41,041 bases of DNA from an uncultured delta proteobacterium (GTDB lineage: Bacteria; Desulfobacterota; Desulfobacteria; Desulfobacterales; SG8-13). This document shows, one piece after another, positions 17,866 to 27,788 of this stretch. The stretch's first letter is position 1, and every line of letters starts with the position of its first letter. The position numbers and the translations under genes are program-made. The notes under the pieces are model-generated. The model worked only from the letters and a program-made list of their open reading frames with translations. It ran no database searches and was not told where the DNA came from. The stretch spans positions 94,061-135,101 of the forward strand of contig CAWKCK010000012.1 of the NCBI GenBank assembly GCA_963848135.1, given 5' to 3'.

Positions 17866-19461
17866 TTATACCTTCACGTAATAATTACGCATCATCCCCA
17901 TATCTTCATGTTCCAAGTTGTGGCAATGGTACAAGAACATGCCGGGGTAATCATCAAAATCAACTAAGATTTTTATTCGCTCACCGGGCATCAGTAAAAC
18001 AGTATCTTTCCAGCCCTCATCCACATAGCCTTGATGCCTGACACCGCTACGTTCAATGACTCGAAACTGCTTACCGTGGAGGTGAATGGGATGCGGCATA
18101 TCCATCATGTTCATCATTCCACCGCCGGTATTATGGAATTCCCAAATCTCTTTTGAGCCTAATTGAACAATCTCGTCATCCGCCACACCTTCCATCTGAA
18201 ACACTCGACCATTGATCGACCATTGCATATGCCGCATCGTGAGATAAAATTGCCGAGGGTTGGAATAGTTAGCAGCTTCATCTATTCGGAGGGGTGTAAT
18301 TTCAGAAAGGTATTCCGGCAGCGACTGTTTTTTTACCACACGCTTTGAAACTTTAATTTTGCATACAGTAAAGCCAGCACCGTTTGGAAGGCTTTGATTC
18401 TGGCGCATTCCTCCGCCCATCATCATTCCGCGTCCCATCCGTCCACCACCCATTCCTCCAACGTCGAAAGGAAGGCTTATTAGGGATGTCTCAAAATCGA
18501 TCGGACTGTCACTAAAATCTGCCCAGATCTCCAACCTTTCCCCAGGGCTTAGAAACGTATACTTTCGGTACACAGGTTTTTCCAATAATCCTCCGTCCGT
18601 ACCGATGATGGTAAGAGGGCGGCCATCTTTCCACGCCAGTTTGTAGATTCGTGAATTAGAACCATTTAACAGGCGTAATCGATACGCACTGGTCGCTACC
18701 GGCAGGGTGAAATCAACCATCCCGTTAACCATTATCCAATCACCCAAAAACCCGGTCATCTGCTCCATCCTGTGACCTGAAGTGTATACGAGCTGATTGT
18801 CTGGATCAAACATGCGGTCTTGCAACACCAGGGGAATATCATATTCATCATCGGGCAAGCCCAAGGCCTGTTCTTCCTCATCAGAAACAAGAAAAAGGCC
18901 TGCCAGCCCGTTATAAACCTGTGGGCCTGTTCTACCGTGGGGATGGGGGTGGTACCAATATGTACCGGCTCTGTTATTGACCTCGAACTCGTATAAGTAA
19001 GATTGTCCTTGTGGAATCACGTAACGCGGATGACCGTCCATAATCGCGGGGACATGAAGGCCATGCCAATGCACAATAGATTCTTCCGGGATTGAGTTGA
19101 AGAAACGAATTCGTATTTTCTCTCCCTGATGAACTTTTATGATCGGGCCAAGATAGCTTCGCGGGAGTTCGATCACCCGGTTTTTATCGCCTTTATGCAC
19201 AATCGCATGGTACTGCCAAACCCGTGTGGGATCTCCTGGGAAAATAGTTACCTCACCAGGTCGCGCTGTGAGGGTAATATCAAGGTCAGGGTTAAATTCT
19301 GTTCCCGGATTTGTCTCTTGATTTTTCCCTGCAAGCGAGGGCTTTAATAGAGGCCAAGCCCCACCTGTTATCATACCCAGCGTTCCGAATCCGGCCAGTT
19401 TCAGAAACTGTCTTCTGTTATTCCTGTCTTCATTCCATAAAACCGTATTTCTCTTTTTCAT
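17866..19461 (-). CDS. Tat-exported three-domain multicopper oxidase (CueO-like, Met-rich insert)
   Basis: NRRQFLK Tat signal; HWHG, WYHPH, HPIHLHG, YHCHNLEHEDMGMM; insert GGMGGGRMGRGMMMGGGM. Confidence 0.93.
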   Translation of the reverse strand: MKKRNTVLWNEDRNNRRQFLKLAGFGTLGMITGGAWPLLKPSLAGKNQETNPGTEFNPDLDITLTARPGEVTIFPGDPTRVWQYHAIVHKGDKNRVIELPRSYLGPIIKVHQGEKIRIRFFNSIPEESIVHWHGLHVPAIMDGHPRYVIPQGQSYLYEFEVNNRAGTYWYHPHPHGRTGPQVYNGLAGLFLVSDEEEQALGLPDDEYDIPLVLQDRMFDPDNQLVYTSGHRMEQMTGFLGDWIMVNGMVDFTLPVATSAYRLRLLNGSNSRIYKLAWKDGRPLTIIGTDGGLLEKPVYRKYTFLSPGERLEIWADFSDSPIDFETSLISLPFDVGGMGGGRMGRGMMMGGGMRQNQSLPNGAGFTVCKIKVSKRVVKKQSLPEYLSEITPLRIDEAANYSNPRQFYLTMRHMQWSINGRVFQMEGVADDEIVQLGSKEIWEFHNTGGGMMNMMDMPHPIHLHGKQFRVIERSGVRHQGYVDEGWKDTVLLMPGERIKILVDFDDYPGMFLYHCHNLEHEDMGMMRNYYVKV

Positions 19462-19480
19462 TTTTAAATCCCTGCAAAGT

Positions 19481-19849
19481 TTATTGGAGTATGTCTTTTT
19501 TCATGGTTTCAAATTCATCCTGGGAGATTTCTCCCCTGGCATAGCGCTCTTTGAGAATATCAATCGCTTTAGGACCCACGCTTTCACCAGAATGCCCTTT
19601 ACTGCTCGTGTTCTGAATCAGCCATCGAATCAGCGACACGAGGCCGACAACAATCAGGCCCCAGAATATAATCATGAAAATCATACCAAACCATCCCATT
19701 CCCCACCCGTCCATCATCCAACGCCCCATGTGCCAGTCATTGTACCGGTCTGATTGGGCCAAAGTGGGATTTGCTAAAAATAAACTGCCTGGTATCAACA
19801 CGGATAAGGATCCCGCCAACACTTTTCGGAACCTGTATTTGTCTTTCAT
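19481..19849 (-). CDS. SHOCT domain membrane protein with Met/Gly/Trp-rich segment
   Basis: HMGRWMMDGWGMGW, a TM helix, and AIDILKERYARGEISQDEFE. Confidence 0.85.
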   Translation of the reverse strand: MKDKYRFRKVLAGSLSVLIPGSLFLANPTLAQSDRYNDWHMGRWMMDGWGMGWFGMIFMIIFWGLIVVGLVSLIRWLIQNTSSKGHSGESVGPKAIDILKERYARGEISQDEFETMKKDILQ

Positions 19850-19969
19850 TTTATACACCCTGTACAATATCGCCTAATGCCATAAATAAGCCGTAAATTG
19901 ACCTTTTCACAAGATCACAGAACTATTGTTATTGGGTTTACCTGGCCGTATAATATTTTTAAAATGAAT

Positions 19970-19989
19970 GGGGCGACTGTCGCCGCCCC
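19970..19989 (-). terminator. GC-rich hairpin after the zraP-like gene (terminator or mRNA stabiliser)
   Basis: GGGGCGGC-GACA-GTCGCCCC followed by ATTCATTTT on the minus strand. Confidence 0.45.
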
Positions 19990-20017
19990 TTTACAAGTCT
20001 TCACTGCGCTTTTAGAA

Positions 20018-20527
20018 TTACCACCTGCAGTAGTATCCGCCACTATTGGGACCATAGCCCATCATCGGGCCATTTCCCATCATTGGGCCATATCCTCCAT
20101 AGCCACGGTCATAATTGGGTGCTGATTTTCTGGCCTGAAGTTCATAGTCCAGCCCTTTCTGATCGAGGTCAGCTTGAAGTTTGGAAATTTCACCCTGCAG
20201 ACTCGATGCTTTCGCAGTGTCCGGATTTTCCTTGGCCAGCTCGCTTCTCAGGGCAAGCTCTTTTTCGTAAAGCTGTTGCCGGGTATTTTCAGTCGCTTTG
20301 AAGAATTCAGCACGTTGTTGATCCAGTTTGGCTATCTCTTCACTTGAAAGGTTGCCAGAGTATCCTTCTTGGCCGTACCCATATCCACCCATTTGATTCC
20401 AACCCGGCCCCATCATGGGCCCCATCATATGTCCGTATCCTCTACCCCAACCGGCAAATGCGAGGGCGGTCATGCCAAAGATCGCTAAAACCGTTAGTAT
20501 CATTATTCCTTTTACTTTCCTGTCCAT
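20018..20527 (-). CDS. ZraP/Spy/CpxP-family periplasmic metal-responsive protein
   Basis: Signal peptide, Gly/Met/Tyr-rich termini, LSSEE...RQQLYEKELAL..EL...PD helical core; RBS GGAGG. Confidence 0.85.
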   Translation of the reverse strand: MDRKVKGIMILTVLAIFGMTALAFAGWGRGYGHMMGPMMGPGWNQMGGYGYGQEGYSGNLSSEEIAKLDQQRAEFFKATENTRQQLYEKELALRSELAKENPDTAKASSLQGEISKLQADLDQKGLDYELQARKSAPNYDRGYGGYGPMMGNGPMMGYGPNSGGYYCRW

Positions 20528-20593
20528 TGTTACCTCCATAAGTGTTAGTTGATGTGTTATAAGGTGGTCACGTTACTTGGACGATCTTCACAA

Positions 20594-20830
20594 TCATGAT
20601 TTGTTGTCATCAGGATTGGAAGGGGTGGAATGAAATCCCTTATGCATGAATACATGCATCAGCGGGCACAACAGAATCAGCAGAAAGTATGCGGAACTGC
20701 CTATTATTCCTGTCCATGAAAGAAACAGCAAAAGAACTAGTGGCGCAGCACAACCGAGAAGCATGAGCAGGGCGTGATTCTGTTTGAGTGATTTCTGCGA
20801 GAATGATTCGATGAGCCGCTTCATATTCAT
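20594..20830 (-). CDS. DUF2933-like small membrane protein
   Basis: HALLMLLGCAAP...LLCPLMHVFMHKGFH motif. Confidence 0.75.
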   Translation of the reverse strand: MNMKRLIESFSQKSLKQNHALLMLLGCAAPLVLLLFLSWTGIIGSSAYFLLILLCPLMHVFMHKGFHSTPSNPDDNKS

Positions 20831-20888
20831 TTTCCGATACTTTGTGTTTATGAGAGAGTGCATTCACTCTTAAGGTTAGCCTCGTGTA

Positions 20889-21146
20889 TCAATGGCAGCT
20901 CGGCGTTTTGCCGCCGGTGGCTTTGTTCAGCCGGTCCAGGTATCTCTGCCAGACTCCTTTACGTTTCATCTTCCCAGTGGATACAAGGTACTTTTGCGGT
21001 TTGTTTTCAAAGGCCTTGCGGCACGATTCGGCACAGAAGAAATAGGTGTGGCCTTCAAAATCGACGGCCTTAACCTTCGTTTCTTGTTCAACAATCATAC
21101 CGCAGACCGGATCCAAATTTTCTATACGTGATCTGTAAAGATTCAT
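20889..21146 (-). CDS. YHS domain protein
   Basis: DPVCGM...YFFCAESCRKAF..KPQKY with a C-terminal PSCH; ATG 21146 follows GGAGG. Confidence 0.88.
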   Translation of the reverse strand: MNLYRSRIENLDPVCGMIVEQETKVKAVDFEGHTYFFCAESCRKAFENKPQKYLVSTGKMKRKGVWQRYLDRLNKATGGKTPSCH

Positions 21147-21282
21147 TTTTTCCTCCTGCTGGTTGATCTCTACACTGGAAATTGGACTTTGACTCATTTG
21201 TTTACCAATTTTAACTTTGGAGGGAAATTTTCCAACGTAGGTAATCTCCAACCTGTTCCATTATCCTTTACTATTATGTCAA

Positions 21283-21455
21283 AGCATAAAGCATGCCAAC
21301 ACTACCACATAGTGGTAATGATGCGTGCAAGTAACTGATTGATCAATAACAATTCAGATAGGAAGAGCTTGGTGGATGTTTGGGGGTTCAGCCGAGTGGA
21401 TAGTTTATACCCACATTTGTGGAAACCCTATACTTCTGCTGCGCACAAATTACAC
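21283..21455 (-). promoter_or_regulatory. Sigma-54 promoter with paired enhancer sites for the YHS-zraP-MCO operon
   Basis: Minus strand TTGGCAT-GCTTT-ATGCT at 21283-21299; palindromes GGATA-N5-TACCC (21398) and GCGCA-N5-TACAC (21441). Confidence 0.75.
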
Positions 21456-21707
21456 ACCTTAGTACAATCGTTATTGTCGTCGAATTCGATATCAGGCACC
21501 GTTGTAGCGAAAACCCGACAAAGAGGTAGTAAAATTTCAGTTTAGATTCAGGCGAATAGATTTTGGAGAAAGAACAACGACAGGCAAAAGGGGATAATAT
21601 TTTCTTTGTTGCGAGCCTTGCCTATGGCTTAATACATAGTAATTAGCGAAACTTTACACCCAATAAAGGTGGATGGTTTCCATATAGAGGGTTTGAGACC
21701 AGGTTTC

Positions 21708-22586
21708 TCAACAACTCGGTGGATCAAGCATCCAAGGTGCTGGGCGGTATGTTTCCCTGCGCCAGCGCCAATTTAGATCGATGATCTCACCGGGCTTGTC
21801 GATCTGGTAGAGGGCTTCGAAGGCCCTTCCAAGAACGGCGGCCTGCTGCGGGATGTTGTGAGCTTCTCCTAATGGATGCCCAAACGGCCAATGTAAGAAG
21901 ATCGACCGCGGTGGTTTGATTTCTTCGGTGTATTTTCGCACGATAGATATACTGATGGTGGCGATACCGACGGATTCGATGACTCGTTGAATCAATCCAA
22001 CGGATTGATTGCAAATCCCTCAGGCCGGCGTCAATAGAACAACATCCACCTCGTCCGCTCTGAGTATAGACGCCACTTTGGGAGCGGTCTGGTTTATCAA
22101 CGTGTCGATGTGTTTACCATCAATATGGCCCATGAAGCTGATATGCCTTTCGGCCAAGGCACCGATGCAGCCCGCTGCTGACATCTCTTTGAGGCGTGTG
22201 ATGGGAAAAACGATATTGATGTCTTTATCGGCATCGCGGTGATCGTAGTAATCGTGTGTGATGGTGAAGTCGTTTTCTATACTGGCGGTATCAAGAATAC
22301 GGTAAGTAGGATCGCCATCGGAATCAGCCATATTGAATGCGGGTTGCTCACGGTGGTGCAATCCGGCAGTGGTTACGACAGCGATCTTGGATTCATTCAG
22401 CGGTTTGGTCACTTCTACCCATGGACTTTTGTAAAATGCCAGGGGCTTAAATGCCTCTATCAGCTTATTGGAGAGGTACGGCCAATAGGTCGTCAGGCGG
22501 GCAATCCCCTGATGAATAAGTCTTCTTATTGCTACAGGCGCTTCAAATCTGTTTATTATTCTCAATCGATACGACCTCTTAATCAT
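21708..22586 (-). CDS. PrdB/GrdB-like (glycine/proline reductase selenoprotein B family) UxxC selenoprotein (joins ORFs 22020-22586 and 21708-21995)
   Basis: IAVVTTAGLH, GDPTYR, HDYYD...DINIVFP, then VLLTPA-U-GICNQSVGLIQRVIE..GIAT in one frame (TGA at 22020-22022), and KPPRS...PFGHPLG. Confidence 0.9.
21990..22010 (-). promoter_or_regulatory. Bacterial SECIS-like hairpin
   Basis: Perfect 9-bp stem AAUCAAUCC-GUU-GGAUUGAUU starting 10 nt after the UGA. Confidence 0.7.
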
Positions 22587-22787
22587 CTCTTTCCTGTTGT
22601 TCGATAAATCGTCATCAACCGGCGGTTTGGCTTGCGGAGGGGTGTGGCGACCATCGTGTCCACCGCAGCAACCGATGCTGCCTTTTATTGAAATAGCAAG
22701 TATATGAACGAACTGACAATAATCAATGTTTATTGTATTTCTTGCTAAAACAATACGCTAATAAAAATCATCGTCAAAATTAAGGTA

Positions 22788-23267
22788 TCAGTACATGAGG
22801 ATGAGCGCACCGGTGAAGGCCGCCAGGACGGACAACAGCCAAAAGAGGACCCTTGCGTTTTTTTGGACACCAGCATAACAGGCGCTATAACTTTCAATAT
22901 TGCTTAATATGGTAAACAATTCAGACGCTATTTCCCAAAAGGCCTGGACGGACACCACAAAAAAGGGCATCTTGAACAAGGCCATCGATCCTGCGCCCCA
23001 AGACACCAATAACAGTATACCTGCATATAACAGTGCCAGAGGAACAGTCTGCAGATGCCCTACCTCATGTTGGATGTTCAGGGAAACCGAGTTCTTCATT
23101 TTCAGTCCCCGCCTGAGAAGCCAGTTTACCGCGGCCGGATGCGGAACTAAAAAATTTCCGAAACCGGTCTTATGCATAAATTTAGATCGAAGGGTTACGG
23201 TTGCGTTTATCCCGTACCATGTCCGGAGCTGCAGAACCTGGGGGTATTGCCATACGTCTGCCGTCAT
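22788..23267 (-). CDS. Hypothetical membrane protein with HExxH motif
   Basis: QHEVGHLQ followed by TM helices and a WEIASE segment. The likely start is ATG 23267; the ORF is open from 23306. Confidence 0.65.
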   Translation of the reverse strand: MTADVWQYPQVLQLRTWYGINATVTLRSKFMHKTGFGNFLVPHPAAVNWLLRRGLKMKNSVSLNIQHEVGHLQTVPLALLYAGILLLVSWGAGSMALFKMPFFVVSVQAFWEIASELFTILSNIESYSACYAGVQKNARVLFWLLSVLAAFTGALILMY

Positions 23268-23362
23268 TTGGCCCTTTTCGTCTCTTTCGGAGACCATCCA
23301 ACCCACTAATGCCGATACACATGGAGTCGACGTAGCGGCGGCATGACACGATCGGTGTCATT

Positions 23363-23379
23363 AGCAACGTTCATGCCGA
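23363..23379 (-). promoter_or_regulatory. Sigma-54 promoter
   Basis: Minus strand TCGGCAT-GAACG-TTGCT with GG-N10-GC spacing. Confidence 0.55.
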
Positions 23380-23528
23380 ATTCCAAGAGACGAAATGCTC
23401 ATTTAAGATCATTGGAAAAATGCAGTTTTTCCCATTTTTTTTTAGCGGAGTAGAGGCACTGGTCAGCACGATTGATATAAGTAGATGCGTCTTCACCGGG
23501 ATCATATCTGCGAGATCAAGCTGAATTA

Positions 23529-24080
23529 TCAGACAATCAGCAGCTTGAAAGCGATGGCTATCAGGAGAAGACCCCCAAATATTTCCATCCGTTGTGTAAG
23601 CCTGCCGGAAAGTTTATTACCCAATTTCATGGCCAGCCAGGTCATTGCGGCTGCCGTGATGCCGATCCACACCGCCATCCAAAAAAAGCTTTGCCCCAGA
23701 ATACCGATTCCAAAACCGACTCCCAGGGCATCGATACTTGTGGCCAGGGAAAGCATCACCAAACTCATGCCTTTTGTGGGATCGGGGCATGATACCTTTT
23801 CTTCACCAGACAGCGTACCTTCTCGAACCATCCTGGCACCGATAATAAAAAGGAGGCCGAAAGCAATCCAGGTTCCCCATCTCTGAGCCCAGTCGATGAT
23901 ATAATGGGCGGCCATCCAACCAATGAGGGGCATCATGAACTGAAAGAGACCGAAATGAAACGACAATCGAAACACTTGCCGGGGTGCACCACAGCGCGTA
24001 CCGACGCCAAACCCGACGGCAAAAGCATCACAGCCGAGCGATACGGCTATCAATCCGATCTCGGTGACGTTTAAGCTCAA
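23529..24080 (-). CDS. mntP: MntP family manganese efflux pump
   Basis: SLGCDAFAV, FGLFQFMMP, IGARM, ATSIDAL, GGLLLIAI motifs. Confidence 0.9.
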   Translation of the reverse strand: MSLNVTEIGLIAVSLGCDAFAVGFGVGTRCGAPRQVFRLSFHFGLFQFMMPLIGWMAAHYIIDWAQRWGTWIAFGLLFIIGARMVREGTLSGEEKVSCPDPTKGMSLVMLSLATSIDALGVGFGIGILGQSFFWMAVWIGITAAAMTWLAMKLGNKLSGRLTQRMEIFGGLLLIAIAFKLLIV

Positions 24081-24107
24081 TGATTATCTTTCCGAATGCC
24101 TGTTTGC

Positions 24108-24875
24108 TCAGACATGAATGACAATGATGGTAATATTGTCCTTGCCGCCGTTTTCCAATGCCGTCTGTAGTAGTTCTTGGGCAGTTTGCTCCGGAGGGAG
24201 TTGGCGCTTGAGTATGTCTTCAATCGTATTGACTGAAACCAAACCATGAAGCCCGTCGGAGGACAATAGGAAACAGTCTCCATGCGCGATATTTAGTCTG
24301 TCGATTTCGATCTCTTCCAGGGGTTCCTGGGTACCCAAAGCTCGGGTGAGCATATTTCGCAGCGGGTGATAAACCGCCTCATCCGGGGACAATTCACCCT
24401 CCTCGATCATTTCCTGGACAAAAGTATTGTCGCTTGTCAGCTGATTTAACCGTCCGTTGCGGAACCGGTAAATTCGGCTGTCGCCCACATGGGCCAATAC
24501 GGCAAAATCGCCTGAGAAAACAATCGCCGATAACGTGGTCCCCATGTGTTCGCATTCCGGATCCTCGATGGCCTCTTGTTTTATTTGCCGGTCTATCGAA
24601 CGGACGAGTTCCTCAATCTGTCTCAAATGGTTTCTTGGAGGTGATCCGGAATGACCGCTGAAGTAAGTTTTCAAAAGATCACAGGCCAACCGACTGGCAC
24701 GATCACCACAGGAGTGTCCACCGATTCCATCGGCCACGGCAAACAACATTCCTCGCCCGTTATTGTGGATAGCGTTATTGTGGATAGCATACGCCACATA
24801 ATCATCTTCATTGCGTTTTCGTTGCAGCCCGATGTCGGAAAGCGCGTAATACCGCATCGTATCGATTGTCGTCAT
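24108..24875 (-). CDS. PP2C-family Ser/Thr phosphatase (Stp1/PrpC-like)
   Basis: SDIGLQRKRNED, VADGIGG, MGTT, HVGDSRIY, LTRALG, SSDGL, GGKDNIT. Confidence 0.95.
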   Translation of the reverse strand: MTTIDTMRYYALSDIGLQRKRNEDDYVAYAIHNNAIHNNGRGMLFAVADGIGGHSCGDRASRLACDLLKTYFSGHSGSPPRNHLRQIEELVRSIDRQIKQEAIEDPECEHMGTTLSAIVFSGDFAVLAHVGDSRIYRFRNGRLNQLTSDNTFVQEMIEEGELSPDEAVYHPLRNMLTRALGTQEPLEEIEIDRLNIAHGDCFLLSSDGLHGLVSVNTIEDILKRQLPPEQTAQELLQTALENGGKDNITIIVIHV

Positions 24876-24897
24876 TGACCCTGGCCTGTTTGAGTGT

Positions 24898-25236
24898 TTA
24901 CTGAAGCCGTTTCATGAATTGAATGCGGCCGTTTTGTTTGTCTACCAATAGTTCATCGATCAGGCTGCCGTCCGGTCGGACGACCCGGGCGACATAGTAC
25001 CTCCCCTTATTTTGCAATCCTTTGAGGCGGTAAGATTCAGTAATACGGCGGCTCGCTTCCCGGTCGATGATTATTCTGGCAGTACCGGTACCCATACCGT
25101 CGAGAATGTCCTGCAGGCGTTGCGAATCCTCCACGCTGTCATTTGTTTTGCCTTGGCCAGCAGTTTCTTCCACATCTGGCAGACGGTGACGGCCGGCTCG
25201 TTTGATCAGCTTTTCTATGGATTCTATCAGATTCAT
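24898..25236 (-). CDS. Hypothetical protein between kinase and phosphatase
   Basis: 112-aa ORF with tight operon spacing; the C-terminal YVARVV.PDGS..DELLVDKQNG resembles a PepSY-like beta motif. Confidence 0.65.
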   Translation of the reverse strand: MNLIESIEKLIKRAGRHRLPDVEETAGQGKTNDSVEDSQRLQDILDGMGTGTARIIIDREASRRITESYRLKGLQNKGRYYVARVVRPDGSLIDELLVDKQNGRIQFMKRLQ

Positions 25237-25257
25237 GTCTTCACCTAAATGTTACCG

Positions 25258-27174
25258 TTATTTCAATGGTAAGATTGTCCGGAAGCCGACATCCTCGAAT
25301 CCTTCCCAGGGCGACCGGCCAACCGGAGGTTCTTCCGCTATTGTGGAGGCCCAATCGATCACGCGGGCCCTGGGACCGGAAGCGGAACTTTTGTATTCTC
25401 CCGTCCACTCTTTCAGCTGCATACCCAAATCGATCAGCGGCATTGACACCACTGATTGAACACTATTTCCCGAATGCGTCAATGAACTCGAGTCAGGAGT
25501 ATTCGACTGTCCCATCATTTGTGAGTGTGCGTTTTGACTTGGAAGGGGTTCGTCCACCGCGGAGGATGAAAAATTAACCGGCATTCTTTCCCTGAGCCAG
25601 CCGGCCGCGGTGCGCCACTCAGCCGCAGTCGGCAGTCTTTTATCATAGTGACTGGCATAAGCATGGGCGCCATAAAAGGTGACACGCACCACTGGTTTCG
25701 GTGCATAGGCCGCCTCTCGCAAGTGAAATCGACCGTCTCTGTAAAGAATCTGCTCATAGGGCGCGGTCCCTGAACCCAGGTACACCCAGATTTGATCACC
25801 GTTGCGAACAACACCATCGGAAACATTTAATTGGTCTTTTAGTTCATTGAGAAATTCAAGAAAATGATGGTTGGTCACTTTTTCTCGGTCTATGTAAAAT
25901 GGGGCCGGTGACGGCTCAGCACTCATTTGAGTGGCCTCCGATTCGATAAGGATCATTTTACGGGCGTCTTTACCCCGGATGTCATTTTTCAGGGTATCAG
26001 GTCCAGATTGCGATTGTGATGTTACCGGCGAGACTTCTCGAATCGCCGCTTCATCATTCGAGCGGTTGAAAAATCCGGGATTGCCCAACAAATGCCATAG
26101 CGTCATAGCAATCAAGGCGATAAAGACAAAGCCGGCACCAAACCTTGTCCAGACGTGAATGTTGGTGCGCTGCGGAGGCATTTTTGCATCGGCTTGATTG
26201 TCGGTGAGATATTTGAAATTGTCTAAAACCGCCTTGATCGCCAGCGTGAGTTCTTCAACGGACTGATATCGTTTAACCGAATCTTCATGGGTGGCTTTCT
26301 GAACGATGGCATCGATTTTTTCTAAGAACGGATTTGCCGTTTCCTTGAGTTTGACCGACTTCAACGGTATTGTTTTCGACTCGATTTTGCCTTCCACCGC
26401 TTCGAAGAGAATCTTACCCAGAGAATATATATCTGCCGGGGGGCCGACTTTACGAAAGTCCATGAATTGCTCGGGTGCCATATAATTCATGCTCCCTTTC
26501 ACGTCCCACGAATTGGATATGGCCCGCATACGAACACTGCGGGCCAGGCCGAAATCGGCAATTTTGGGGATGTCGCCGTCCATGAGAACATTTTCCGGCT
26601 TCATATCCCGATGGACGATGCCTTTTTGATGAATCGCCGTTACGCCCTCCAGTACCGGAAGAAAATACGTTGTCAACCAGTCTCTCAGCAACTCGACTTC
26701 ATCGCCAAACCCGTCTTCGGACATGGTAAAGCGCAGGGTATTGCCGGGTATATACTCCATGGCGATATACTGCACCGGTATGACCTTATCCCTCTTGCGC
26801 GCTTGATAGGTACCGAAATCATAAATCTGGAGGATGTTCGCGTGCCGGACCTGGGCCATGGTTTGTACTTCCCGATGGAGCCGTTCGAGCATCGCCGCCT
26901 TTTCTTCGGGATTGTCCTCGAAACTCTCGAGAAGTTCTTCTGAGATGATTTTAATGGCCACGTCCCTGTTGAGGTTGAGCTGATGGGCACGGTAAACCTC
27001 ACCCATCCCACCCTTGCCGATGCGTTCGATCAGCACCCATTTTTCATCGAGGATGTCACCGGTTTTAAACAGCGGATGAGAATCCGGTTTTTCCATAGTA
27101 CCGTCCTCACTTCCCAAGCGATCTTTCAATCCAACTTCATCCATAATAATAACTTGTCCGCCGAGTGGGAACAT
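25258..27174 (-). CDS. Hanks-type Ser/Thr protein kinase with TM helix and C-terminal FGE-sulfatase (SUMF1)-like domain
   Basis: GKGGMGEV, VAIK, HRDMKPEN, DFGLA, YMAPE, DIYSLG; TM FGAGFVFIALIAMTLW; FYIDREKVTN, PVVRVTF..A.AYA, KRLPTAAEW, EW, VGFR. The start may be 27144 or 27096. Confidence 0.9.
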   Translation of the reverse strand: MFPLGGQVIIMDEVGLKDRLGSEDGTMEKPDSHPLFKTGDILDEKWVLIERIGKGGMGEVYRAHQLNLNRDVAIKIISEELLESFEDNPEEKAAMLERLHREVQTMAQVRHANILQIYDFGTYQARKRDKVIPVQYIAMEYIPGNTLRFTMSEDGFGDEVELLRDWLTTYFLPVLEGVTAIHQKGIVHRDMKPENVLMDGDIPKIADFGLARSVRMRAISNSWDVKGSMNYMAPEQFMDFRKVGPPADIYSLGKILFEAVEGKIESKTIPLKSVKLKETANPFLEKIDAIVQKATHEDSVKRYQSVEELTLAIKAVLDNFKYLTDNQADAKMPPQRTNIHVWTRFGAGFVFIALIAMTLWHLLGNPGFFNRSNDEAAIREVSPVTSQSQSGPDTLKNDIRGKDARKMILIESEATQMSAEPSPAPFYIDREKVTNHHFLEFLNELKDQLNVSDGVVRNGDQIWVYLGSGTAPYEQILYRDGRFHLREAAYAPKPVVRVTFYGAHAYASHYDKRLPTAAEWRTAAGWLRERMPVNFSSSAVDEPLPSQNAHSQMMGQSNTPDSSSLTHSGNSVQSVVSMPLIDLGMQLKEWTGEYKSSASGPRARVIDWASTIAEEPPVGRSPWEGFEDVGFRTILPLK

Positions 27175-27269
27175 GCGTTCTCATATTTTTCCAGTTATCG
27201 GCAGTGATTGTTGAAAAAAGGTCCAGCATATTGCTTTTATTGTTCTCGACAATGAATATCGCTCTTGCT

Positions 27270-27773
27270 CTATCCACAGCAAGCGGCATTCGGGGTTGTA
27301 TTGATGCCGGTGTTGCTCTTAACTCCAGCTGTTTTTGCACGCTCGATGACCCGTGTGATCTGGGGGACGAGCTTCGGGCCAAAGCTCGCTGACTTTGAGA
27401 TGGCCATGGTCATCATAAAACCAAGGGCGAGTCCAAACAGGCCCACCAAGATGGCAGCACCGGTTTCACCTATCTGCCACTCGTTGCCCACACTGGCGCC
27501 GACAAAGGCCCCGGCCATCAGCCACAAGACCGGGATGATGTAAAGAAAAACGGCGCCGGTCCAGAGAGCGGATTCCTTCAGATAGATCGAAACCACGTCC
27601 CCTTGATCGGCCCCAATGGGGTTTTTCACCATAGCGACCATTTTGGCACTGGTTAAACACGACCGGCATCCATGCGAGTGCTCGCACCCTCCGCAGGCGT
27701 TTCTGCGGTCGGTGACGACTTCCGCCATGCCATTGTCAAAAGTATGGAGAACCAATCCATTTCGTTCAGCCAT
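27270..27773 (-). CDS. RseC/MucC family membrane protein
   Basis: ACGGC....GC..C, NPIGA..GD.V, LYIIP and two TM helices; C-terminal CC. Confidence 0.85.
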   Translation of the reverse strand: MAERNGLVLHTFDNGMAEVVTDRRNACGGCEHSHGCRSCLTSAKMVAMVKNPIGADQGDVVSIYLKESALWTGAVFLYIIPVLWLMAGAFVGASVGNEWQIGETGAAILVGLFGLALGFMMTMAISKSASFGPKLVPQITRVIERAKTAGVKSNTGINTTPNAACCG

Positions 27774-27788
27774 TATATTCTCCTCCTC

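Noticed and set aside
24081..24107. yybP-ykoY Mn riboswitch before mntP
   Set aside because: Only 27 bp separate the PP2C stop and the mntP start, leaving no room for the aptamer.
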